DNA of 64,000 nucleotides from Patescibacteria group bacterium (GTDB lineage Bacteria; Patescibacteriota; Minisyncoccia; Phycocordibacterales; JACOZG01): NCBI GenBank assembly GCA_038058475.1, contig JBBUAW010000010.1, positions 14,361 to 78,360 of the forward strand, read 5' to 3'. Shown piece by piece: positions 57,424 to 64,000 of this stretch (position 1 is its first letter; each line of letters starts with the position of its first letter). The notes under the pieces were generated by a model. It saw only the letters and a program-made list of their open reading frames with translations, ran no database searches and was not told where the DNA came from. The position numbers and the translations under genes were made by a program.

Positions 57424-58419
57424 ATGGAACAAAAAACTTTAGATTTTCTGGCGGTTGGTGATATTGTGACCGATGCTTTTATCAGATTAAAAGATGCGGA
57501 ATTACATTGCGATATCAATCATGAACATTGTGAAATTTGCCTGTCTTTCGGCGCGAAAATTCCTTACGAATCGGTGACGGTGGTGCCAGCCGTCGGTAAT
57601 AGTCCGAACGCCGCCGTCGCGGCGGCGCGGCTTGGTCTGCGAGTGGCGTTGGTTACCGATTTGGGTCGCGATTACCACGGCCAAGAGGCGATCGCGACAT
57701 TGGAGAAAAATAAAGTGGAGGCGCGTTTCGTCCGCCGTCATGACGATTGCATCACTAATTATCATTACGTCTTATGGTATGCCGATGACCGCACAATTTT
57801 AATCAAACATGAAGAGTATCCCTATGCTCTGCCGGATATTGGCGAGCCAAAATGGCTTTACTTAAGTTCGCTCGGCGAACATTCTCTGCCCTACCATCAA
57901 TCGCTCGTTGAATATCTGAATGTTCATCCTCAAATTCAACTTGCTTTCCAACCCGGCACTTTTCAAATTAAATTCGGCGTTGAAACTTTGGTTGATATCT
58001 ATCGGCGAACGAACGTTTTTTTGTGTAATTTACCGGAAGCGCAAAAAATTTTAAAACTGGAAACGATGGAAGTGAAAACGCTTTTGGATAAATTACATGA
58101 ACTTGGACCGAAAATTGTCGTGGTTACCGACGGGCCGCGGGGGGCTTATGTTTCCGACCGTCAAAAGATTTTGTTTATGCCACCCTATCCCGACCCCAAA
58201 CCGCCGCTGGAGCGCACCGGCGCCGGCGACGCTTTTTCCGCCACTTTTGTCGCGGCGCTGGCTTTAGACGAATCCGTGGAACGGGCTTTGGCGTGGGCGC
58301 CAATCAATTCCATGAGTGTGGTTCAGCAAATCGGTGCCCAGGCCGGATTACTCACGCGCGAGCAACTTGAACGTTATCTCCAAGAAGCGCCAACGGATTA
58401 TAAGCCGCGAGAAATTTAG
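57424..58419 (+). CDS. PfkB-family carbohydrate kinase (ribokinase-like).
   Basis: It has a GAGDAFSATFVAAL anion-hole motif and a DFLAVGDIVTD N-terminal motif. An extended -10-like TGATACAAT lies upstream. The track start is at 57400. Confidence 0.7.
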   Translation: MEQKTLDFLAVGDIVTDAFIRLKDAELHCDINHEHCEICLSFGAKIPYESVTVVPAVGNSPNAAVAAARLGLRVALVTDLGRDYHGQEAIATLEKNKVEARFVRRHDDCITNYHYVLWYADDRTILIKHEEYPYALPDIGEPKWLYLSSLGEHSLPYHQSLVEYLNVHPQIQLAFQPGTFQIKFGVETLVDIYRRTNVFLCNLPEAQKILKLETMEVKTLLDKLHELGPKIVVVTDGPRGAYVSDRQKILFMPPYPDPKPPLERTGAGDAFSATFVAALALDESVERALAWAPINSMSVVQQIGAQAGLLTREQLERYLQEAPTDYKPREI

Positions 58420-59390
58420 ATTTTAAACTCCACCACCTCGCCGTCTTGGACAATATAATCGCGACCTTCAATGCGCAACAACCCTTTTTCGCGCGCCGCC
58501 CCATAACTGCCCGCGTTGAGCAATTCCCGCCAGCCGATAACTTCGGCCTTGATAAATTTGTCTCGAAAATCTGAATGAATCGCCGCGCCGGCTTCCGGCG
58601 CGGTCGCGCCAGCGCGAATCGTCCAGGCCCGCGTTTCATCGGCGCCGGTGGTAAAAAAAGTTATCAGCCCGAGCAGTTTATAACTGGCAATAATCAAATC
58701 ATCCAAACCGGTGCCAAACACCGGATCAATTTCAATCACCGGCGCGGTTAATTGCTTTTTGAAATCTAAAACGGCGGTTTCCGCCACGGCGGAAGTATTT
58801 AACACGTAGAGCATCGGCTTGACCGTGAGCAAGTGCAAGTCTGGCGGCGCCTTAATCGCCGGTTGACCTGTTTTTAACTTCTGTTCAATTTCTCCTAATA
58901 ATTTATCTTCCATGATTGTTCCCTCCACTCCCCTTTTTATCTCCTTCCCGAGCGAACCGCGCCGTTTGGTTACGGTTTCTAAATCAGCTAAACAAAGTTC
59001 GGTTATAATTGTTTGGACATCATCTAGCGGGTCAATTTTCCCCGACACATGAATCACTTCTTTGTCTTCAAACACCCGCACGACTTGGGCGATGGCATCC
59101 ACTTCGCGGATATGTGAAAGAAATTTATTGCCCAATCCTTCTCCCTGCGCCGCCCCTTTCACGAGACCGGCAATATCCACAAATTCCACCGCCGCCGGAA
59201 TAGTTTTAGCCGAATGAGAAAATTTGGTTAATTTTTCCAGCCGCTCATCGGCCACGGCCACGACCCCGACCGACTGATCAATGGTGCAAAATGGATAATT
59301 CTCGGCCGGCACGCCTTTTTTCGTCAACGCATTAAAAAGGGTTGACTTGCCGACGTTTGGTAATCCGACGATGCCGATTTTGACGGACAT
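58416..59390 (-). CDS. ychF: Ribosome-binding ATPase YchF (Obg-family GTPase/ATPase).
   Basis: It has [23 protein letters not shown] (G1) and a TGS-like C-terminal domain. The start is placed at the ATG at 59390. The track ORF extends to 59501. Confidence 0.85.
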   Translation of the reverse strand: MSVKIGIVGLPNVGKSTLFNALTKKGVPAENYPFCTIDQSVGVVAVADERLEKLTKFSHSAKTIPAAVEFVDIAGLVKGAAQGEGLGNKFLSHIREVDAIAQVVRVFEDKEVIHVSGKIDPLDDVQTIITELCLADLETVTKRRGSLGKEIKRGVEGTIMEDKLLGEIEQKLKTGQPAIKAPPDLHLLTVKPMLYVLNTSAVAETAVLDFKKQLTAPVIEIDPVFGTGLDDLIIASYKLLGLITFFTTGADETRAWTIRAGATAPEAGAAIHSDFRDKFIKAEVIGWRELLNAGSYGAAREKGLLRIEGRDYIVQDGEVVEFKI

Positions 59391-59481
59391 AGTGATAAAG
59401 GTAGCAAAAAACGGAAATATGTGGTAGTTATGGAGTTGGAGTTTTTGGACAAAAACGGACCTTTTACAAAGGAGGTACTGA

Positions 59482-59742
59482 ATGAGTTTAGACTTTTGCA
59501 CGACTGATGGACAAACAAATCACGCTAGTTTCTTATTTCCCCCGACAGAGGGAGTGAATATCGCTGGATGCGAAATCCCGCTTCGTGATTTCCGCCGATT
59601 GTCTACACATTTTCTGTCCGGTGGTTTTTTCGGTTGGGGTGAAGGCGTCAAAACGCCCGAGTCAGTTAATGAAGCCCTGAACTTTCTTTTTGGTATTTAC
59701 GAAAAAATCGATGGGGAATGGACTCGAAAAATCCCAACCTGA
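59482..59742 (+). CDS. Small hypothetical protein (86 aa) with a strong ribosome-binding site.
   Basis: An AAGGAGGT Shine-Dalgarno lies 7 nt upstream of the ATG. An intrinsic terminator follows 23 nt after the stop. There is no recognisable domain. Confidence 0.45.
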   Translation: MSLDFCTTDGQTNHASFLFPPTEGVNIAGCEIPLRDFRRLSTHFLSGGFFGWGEGVKTPESVNEALNFLFGIYEKIDGEWTRKIPT

Positions 59743-59764
59743 TAACCCTTTTACCACCAGTCAA

Positions 59765-59799
59765 GCGCCCGACTATTAGGTCCGGCGCTTTTTTCTTTT
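59765..59799 (+). terminator. Rho-independent terminator.
   Basis: The stem GCGCC-c-GAC / GTC-c-GGCGC with loop TATTAG is followed by TTTTTTCTTTT. Confidence 0.55.
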
Positions 59800-59853
59800 G
59801 TTTTAAACAATTTTTCAATGAAAATTATTTATGCTATCCTTCAGTGGGTTTGC

Positions 59854-59924
59854 GGGCCTGTAGTAAAATGGTATTACATCTCCATGGCATGGAGGAGGTC
59901 GGGGTCCGATTCCCCGCAGGTCCA
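59854..59924 (+). tRNA. tRNA-Ala (anticodon GGC).
   Basis: I folded it by hand. The acceptor is GGGCCTG/CAGGTCC with a G3:U70 wobble (the Ala identity element). The D-arm is GTAA-AATGGTA-TTAC. The anticodon loop is ATGGCAT. The T-loop reads TCCGATT, with an unusual C at position 55. The discriminator is A and no CCA is encoded. Confidence 0.6.
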
Positions 59925-59935
59925 TCGAGTTAGGC

Positions 59936-60007
59936 GGGCGGCTAGCTCAGTGGCAGAGCGTTCGCTTCACACGCGAAAGGTCAAAGGTTCAATCCCTTTG
60001 CCGCCCA
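59936..60007 (+). tRNA. tRNA-Val (anticodon CAC).
   Basis: The acceptor is GGGCGGC/GCCGCCC. The D-arm is GCTC-AGTGGCA-GAGC. The anticodon stem is TTCGC/GCGAA with loop TTCACAC. The T-arm is AAAGG-TTCAATC-CCTTT. The discriminator is A. Confidence 0.75.
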
Positions 60008-61028
60008 TTTGATAAATTTGGCTAGATTATAGAGCCAGTACCAAGAAGGTTTTGTCACTAAATCATAAAAATCGGAATGAACGACCGGCCGGCCGCCAAA
60101 TCTTTGCTTAAATCTGGTCAGGCCGTGCCAATTTTTGTAAATCTCCCCCATAGCGATGCCGCCAAAATTATAGTCAGTACAACCCAATTTCTTGGCTTGG
60201 CAGATTGCCGCCCATTGGGCTAAATGCGACGCGCATAAATTGCGCTGTTGATTGCTGGAGCCACCAAAAACATAATTAGCCGTTTGACCGAAAACGATAA
60301 TCAAATCAATGACTAGAATTTTATTTTGGTATTTAGCCACGGACAGATAAGTTTTCGGGATGGATTGGAGATTTCGAAAAATGTTTTGATAATATTTTTT
60401 TTCGTGCAAATGAAAGCCGTTTCGGCGAGCTGTTTCGGTCATTAAGTCATAAAAAATTGGGAAATAATCACTGAAATTTTCAGTGACAATTTCCGTGGCG
60501 ATACCCTTGCGGCTTGCCAACTTAATTGAGTATCTGGTTTTCTCGTGCATAGCCGCAAAAATTTTATCTTCCGATTCGGTCAGAGATAAAAACCACTCGC
60601 CGCGCGGTTGGAAATGGGCGGCGTGATAGGTGTAAAGAAAAGATTTTTTGAAGAACTTTTTGAATAACCGTGCGTCAGACGACGGCGGTGTAAAATCCAA
60701 TCTAGTAAAAACAACTCTCTCTCTCTCTCTTGGCAATTTTTAACAATTCAGAGCGAAGGTATGTTAAAAATTGTTCCGAAAAGATTTTTATTACCGGCCC
60801 GTAGGGAGCATAAAAATAACTTAAACGGCGACCGAGTGGATATTTTATCAGTTGGCAATAAGCGATTGGCTCGTCTTTATCACTGATTAGAAATCGTTTA
60901 ACTTCTCGATTTAAACTTTTTTGCCAAAGACCGTAAAACTCAGCTTGGGTGAACGATGTGTTGATAGACAAAGTTAACGGGTCAAATCGTTCGTCTGTTT
61001 TGATTTCGCGAAACGAAAAATTGCCCAT
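59981..61028 (-). pseudogene. FemAB-family (tRNA-dependent aminoacyl transferase, FemX/MurM-like) gene split into two ORFs by a frameshift in a (CT)8 tract.
   Basis: The upstream ORF (61028-60702) and the downstream ORF (60736-59981) are both FemAB-like and overlap at the (AG)8 tract (coding-strand orientation), which encodes RERE in both frames. Inserting one AG unit joins them into a collinear protein of about 355 aa. The last 9 codons overlap tRNA-Val on the opposite strand. Confidence 0.6.
60715..60730. repeat. (CT)8 dinucleotide repeat inside the FemAB-family coding sequence.
   Basis: I counted this directly in the sequence: ctctctctctctctct. Confidence 0.9.
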
Positions 61029-61064
61029 CGGTCTAAATTCTACTATAGTGGATGGGTAAAGTAA

Positions 61065-61136
61065 CGGAGTGTGGTGTAACGGTAACATGCACGATTCGGG
61101 TTCGTGTGACTCCGGGTTCAAATCCCGGCACTCCGA
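61065..61136 (+). tRNA. tRNA-Pro (anticodon CGG).
   Basis: The acceptor is CGGAGTG/CACTCCG. The D-arm is GTGT-AACGGTA-ACAT. The anticodon stem is CACGA/TCGTG with loop TTCGGGT. The T-arm is CCGGG-TTCAAAT-CCCGG. The discriminator is A. Confidence 0.75.
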
Positions 61137-61149
61137 TTTTGGGTTTGGC

Positions 61150-61220
61150 GGGCCCATAGTAAAGTGGTATTACGCGGCATTCGCATTGCCGAGGCGCGAG
61201 TCCGATTCTCGCTGGGTCCA
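61150..61220 (+). tRNA. tRNA-Ala (anticodon CGC).
   Basis: The acceptor is GGGCCCA/TGGGTCC with G3:U70. The D-arm is GTAA-AGTGGTA-TTAC. The anticodon loop is TTCGCAT. The T-loop reads TCCGATT, the same unusual C55 as the other Ala tRNA. Confidence 0.6.
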
Positions 61221-61229
61221 AAACGGCTT

Positions 61230-61895
61230 ATGGTGGTAAAAATTAACGAATCGTGGAAAAATGTTTTGGGTGAGGAATTTGAGAAATCCTACTTTCGGGC
61301 ACTGACGGATTTTGTCCGCGCGGAATATTTGTCAACTAAAATTTTTCCGCCGGCGAAATTAGTTTTTAACGCTTTTGAACTCTGTCCCTACGAGGCGGTC
61401 AAAGTGGTTATCCTGGGGCAAGACCCCTATCACGGCGCCGGCCAAGCCGAAGGTTTGTGTTTTTCCGTGCCGGCGCCGACAGCCATCCCGCCGTCGCTGC
61501 AAAATATTTACAAAGAAATCGCCGCCGATGTCGGCGGTCAACCGCCGAACCACGGCCATCTGGAGTCATGGGCGCGTCAGGGAATATTATTATTGAACGC
61601 CACATTGACGGTGCGTGCCGGTGTGGCCGGCTCGCATCAAGGTCAAGGCTGGGAAACTTTTACCGACGCCGTGATTGAGAAAATTTCCCGCACCAAAAAA
61701 AATGTTGTTTTTCTCCTGTGGGGTAATTACGCTAAAAATAAAAAGGGGTTGATTAACGGCCGTCAGCATTTAATTCTGGAGGCGGCGCATCCGTCGCCCT
61801 TTTCCGCCGCCAACGGTTTTTTCGGCTGCCGTCACTTCAGTCAAACTAACGCCTATTTGCAAAAAACCGGTCAGACGCCGATTCAGTGGTTTTAA
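61230..61895 (+). CDS. ung: Uracil-DNA glycosylase, family 1.
   Basis: It has the GQDPYHGAGQAEG water-activating loop and the HPSPFSA motif. The start is at MVVKINESW (ATG 61230). The track start at 61164 overlaps tRNA-Ala. Confidence 0.85.
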   Translation: MVVKINESWKNVLGEEFEKSYFRALTDFVRAEYLSTKIFPPAKLVFNAFELCPYEAVKVVILGQDPYHGAGQAEGLCFSVPAPTAIPPSLQNIYKEIAADVGGQPPNHGHLESWARQGILLLNATLTVRAGVAGSHQGQGWETFTDAVIEKISRTKKNVVFLLWGNYAKNKKGLINGRQHLILEAAHPSPFSAANGFFGCRHFSQTNAYLQKTGQTPIQWF

Positions 61896-62140
61896 AAGAT
61901 TTTTTTGCTATAATTATATTGATGGTCTCCGGCATCCCCTGGATTATTTTCTTCGTTGCGATTATTGGCTGGTCAATCTTCAGCGTCGTTTTTCTCTTTC
62001 ATTGGCGACACTACAGCCGGCAATCAAAACCAACCATTCTGGCCGAAATGATTTATTTTGTTGTTTCCATCACTTTGATCGGCTTGATTCTCAATACCTT
62101 AAACTGGAAAGAATTTTATTCTATTTTCTTTAATCAATGA
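61886..62140 (+). CDS. Small membrane protein (hypothetical).
   Basis: The 84-aa ORF has two hydrophobic helices and overlaps the following PH-domain gene by 4 nt. Confidence 0.35.
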   Translation: MVLKDFFAIIILMVSGIPWIIFFVAIIGWSIFSVVFLFHWRHYSRQSKPTILAEMIYFVVSITLIGLILNTLNWKEFYSIFFNQ

Positions 62141-62718
62141 TTGATCTAGAACCAAGCGAAATCGTTATCGGCACGGCGCGTAAGCATTGGTTCATTTTCG
62201 TGGTGGAAATATTTTTTATTTTGGCGGCGGCAGTCATTCCCCTATTGATTGTTTTCTTTTTCGCCGACACGTTGGAACAATTTGTTCTGGAGCCGCTGAA
62301 AATCAAGAATCTTGATCAATCGCTTTTGCTTTTTGGTTATTGGCTGTGGCTGCTCATTTTATGGATCGTGATGGCTCTAATTTGGACTGATTATTATCTT
62401 GATGTCTGGTACCTGACCAATCAGAGAATCATTGCTGTTGAGCAACGTGGATTATTTCACCGGAAAATTTCCACTTTCCGGCTGGAAATGATTCAAGATA
62501 CGACGATTGAAATCCCGGGCATTTTGGCGACATTGATCGGTTACGGTAATCTGCAAATCCAAACCGCCGGCCAAAACGAAAAATTCACTATCAGAGGCGT
62601 CAATCGGCCACAGCGAGTTAATGAGATTATCACCAGAGAGTACCATCGCGCGCGTGAGGCTTTGCGTGAAGTGCGAATAGCGGCAGATAATTCGACGGAG
62701 AAAAGCGAGTGGAAATAA
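62137..62718 (+). CDS. Bacterial PH-domain (bPH_2, YdbT-like) membrane protein.
   Basis: It has N-terminal TM helices followed by a YdbT-like segment YYLDVWYLTNQRIIAVEQRGLFHRKISTFRLEMIQD. Confidence 0.5.
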   Translation: MIDLEPSEIVIGTARKHWFIFVVEIFFILAAAVIPLLIVFFFADTLEQFVLEPLKIKNLDQSLLLFGYWLWLLILWIVMALIWTDYYLDVWYLTNQRIIAVEQRGLFHRKISTFRLEMIQDTTIEIPGILATLIGYGNLQIQTAGQNEKFTIRGVNRPQRVNEIITREYHRAREALREVRIAADNSTEKSEWK

Positions 62719-62729
62719 AAAATAAAAGA

Positions 62730-64000
62730 TCAACTAGCCAGTACTAATTTTTGTCTGGCAAATACCTTTCGTATTTCTTCAACAAGAACAATCAATATTG
62801 CTACTGGTACGATTACCATCCAGTCAGAAAGGTTAAGTGGGACGGTTTTTAGGAAAATATTCATCACCGGCGTATAGATGGCGAGAAGTTGAAGTGTGAT
62901 GACCGTTACCGTTGCCCATACTAAATATTTATTAGAAAATGGATTCATCCTGAAAATAGACTTATTGTCAGATCGACAATTCCAAGCATTAAACCACTGG
63001 AATGCGGCGAGAACGGTAAGGGATATTGTCCATGCTTTTGCCAAGTCCGCTTCGTAATAATTCTTGAAAAGAAAGAGTGTACCGATAGCCATCGCTAGGG
63101 ACATAAATACCATTCTTTTTGCCATTAATTTATCTACGAGATATTTGTTCGGCTTTTCAAATTTTCCGTCAAGCAAGTGTCTTTCCTTGGGTTCCATGGC
63201 GAGTGACACATCAAGAAAACCGTCGGTGACGAAATTCAGCCAGATAATCTGCGCGGCTAATATTGGCAAAGGAAAACCTAACACCAGCGCACCGATGATA
63301 GTAAAAACTTCGCCCATGCTCGTTGAAAAAAGATACAAAATAACTTTCTTGATGGTTTTATAAATACTGCGACCTTCTTCAATAGCCGAAACGATACTTT
63401 CCAAGTTGTCGTCCAAGAGGACTATGTCCGAAGCTTCTTTTGCCACTTCAGTACCAATTTTACCCATAGAAACTCCAAGGTCAGCTGCAACAAGCGAAGG
63501 CGCGTCATTTACCCCGTCTCCGGTCATAGCCACTATTTCTCCGCGAGCCCGATACGCCCCGATGATTCTCATCTTATGTTCCGGATTCACTCGAGCAAAT
63601 ACCGAAACAGTTTTGAGTTGGTCTCTTAAATCTGCATCAGACATATCATCAATCTCTCCTCCAGTGAGTACTCGGTCGCCCTCACGCCAAATACCAATTT
63701 CTTTAGCTATCGCTTGAGCAGTTATCCTGTGATCGCCGGTGATCATCACCACTTTCATTCCGGCCATTTCCGCTTTCTTTATGGCCGATGTCGCCTCCGG
63801 CCTTGTTGCATCTCTCATTCCGTAAAAACCGACGAAAGAGAGATTCCGTATTTTTTCCTGCTTGAGTGTTTTGCCTGCGTTTGGATCAATGGCAAAAGCC
63901 ACAACACGCAATCCCTCTTGTGACATTGTGTAAAAAATTGACTCGAGATTTTTCCGTTCCTCATTTGTGAGAGTTTTCTGTTTGTCGTCGGACCAGATGG
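62730..64000 (-). CDS. P-type cation-transporting ATPase (Ca2+/Mg2+ PMCA/SERCA-like). The C-terminal portion is in the window and the N-terminus lies beyond it.
   Basis: It has VMITGDHRITAQAIA and MTGDGVNDAPSLVAADLGVSMG hinge motifs and the C-terminal TM helices. The reading frame stays open past 63926 to the window edge. Confidence 0.8.
   Translation of the reverse strand, partial: IWSDDKQKTLTNEERKNLESIFYTMSQEGLRVVAFAIDPNAGKTLKQEKIRNLSFVGFYGMRDATRPEATSAIKKAEMAGMKVVMITGDHRITAQAIAKEIGIWREGDRVLTGGEIDDMSDADLRDQLKTVSVFARVNPEHKMRIIGAYRARGEIVAMTGDGVNDAPSLVAADLGVSMGKIGTEVAKEASDIVLLDDNLESIVSAIEEGRSIYKTIKKVILYLFSTSMGEVFTIIGALVLGFPLPILAAQIIWLNFVTDGFLDVSLAMEPKERHLLDGKFEKPNKYLVDKLMAKRMVFMSLAMAIGTLFLFKNYYEADLAKAWTISLTVLAAFQWFNAWNCRSDNKSIFRMNPFSNKYLVWATVTVITLQLLAIYTPVMNIFLKTVPLNLSDWMVIVPVAILIVLVEEIRKVFARQKLVLAS

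Noticed and set aside
59718..60012. Track ORFs 59718-59933 and 59818-60012 on the plus strand.
   Set aside because: They are composed of the tRNA-Ala and tRNA-Val genes and the terminator region. The tRNA folds explain this sequence.
61029..61157. The N-terminal extension of track ORF 60702-61157 (minus strand).
   Set aside because: It is antisense to tRNA-Pro. The FemAB start is the ATG at 61028.
61033..61221. Track ORF 61033-61221 (minus strand).
   Set aside because: It is antisense to tRNA-Pro and tRNA-Ala, so it is an artefact of longest-ORF calling.
61164..61229. The 5' extension of the ung ORF beyond the ATG at 61230, in the track ORF that starts at 61164.
   Set aside because: It overlaps tRNA-Ala(CGC), and the UDG homology begins at MVVKINESW.
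1..64000. CRISPR arrays, transposases, integrases and phage genes, which the GC mosaic would lead one to expect.
   Set aside because: I found no regularly spaced repeat arrays and no ORF with transposase, integrase or recombinase motifs. Mobility of the island therefore cannot be claimed from this window.

Overview
The window (1-~53.4 kb) is almost entirely one very large cell-surface glycan biosynthesis and decoration island of about 56 tightly packed, frequently overlapping genes. A short housekeeping block follows (53.4-64 kb). I found no transposase, integrase, CRISPR array or phage gene.

Main contents of the island:
- A pseudaminic-acid-type nonulosonic acid pathway. PseB (10925-11908) and PseC (11905-13020) are followed by a class I methyltransferase and a CMP-nonulosonate synthetase (13651-14430). 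A NeuB/PseI-family synthase sits at 22562-23692.
- A HisF-like/HisH-like/PP-loop amidotransferase triad (26925-29608), typical of N-acetyl to acetamidino conversion (WbuXYZ/PseA type).
- Two NodU/CmcH-family carbamoyltransferases (25035-26819 and 29624-31429) and a stand-alone formyltransferase (24330-24902).
- At least eight methyltransferases, including two paralogous TylF-family and one CmcI-family sugar O-methyltransferase.
- Acetyltransferases of GNAT type (1901-3025) and AAC(3) type (15705-16511), and two CE4 polysaccharide deacetylases.
- A self-contained carrier-protein operon (18080-22462): AcpS, an aminotransferase, a D-2-hydroxyacid dehydrogenase, an ACP and an adenylating ligase.
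- Two paralogous TagF-like phosphotransferases and about twelve GT-B/GT4 glycosyltransferases.
- A GT-C-like polytopic membrane protein at the left edge (1-1093) that is absent from the ORF track.
- GDP-fucose synthesis genes gmd and fcl, an MsbA/PglK-like ABC exporter, a small P-loop kinase and an SGNH-family protein.

Main contents of the housekeeping block:
- A TraD/VirD4-like ATPase with a Pro-rich tail, a DUF4015-like putative glycoside hydrolase, fba, a PfkB-family kinase, ychF and ung.
- Four tRNA genes: Ala-GGC, Val-CAC, Pro-CGG and Ala-CGC.
- A FemAB-family gene split by a frameshift inside a (CT)8 dinucleotide tract.
- A P-type ATPase that runs off the right edge.

Base composition is strikingly mosaic: blocks of about 33-38% GC alternate with blocks of about 50% GC. 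The GC-rich blocks include gmd, the pseI region and all the housekeeping genes. The organism is probably an uncultivated bacterium. I cannot assign its lineage from the sequence alone. All functional calls are from motif and architecture recognition by eye. No database search was run.
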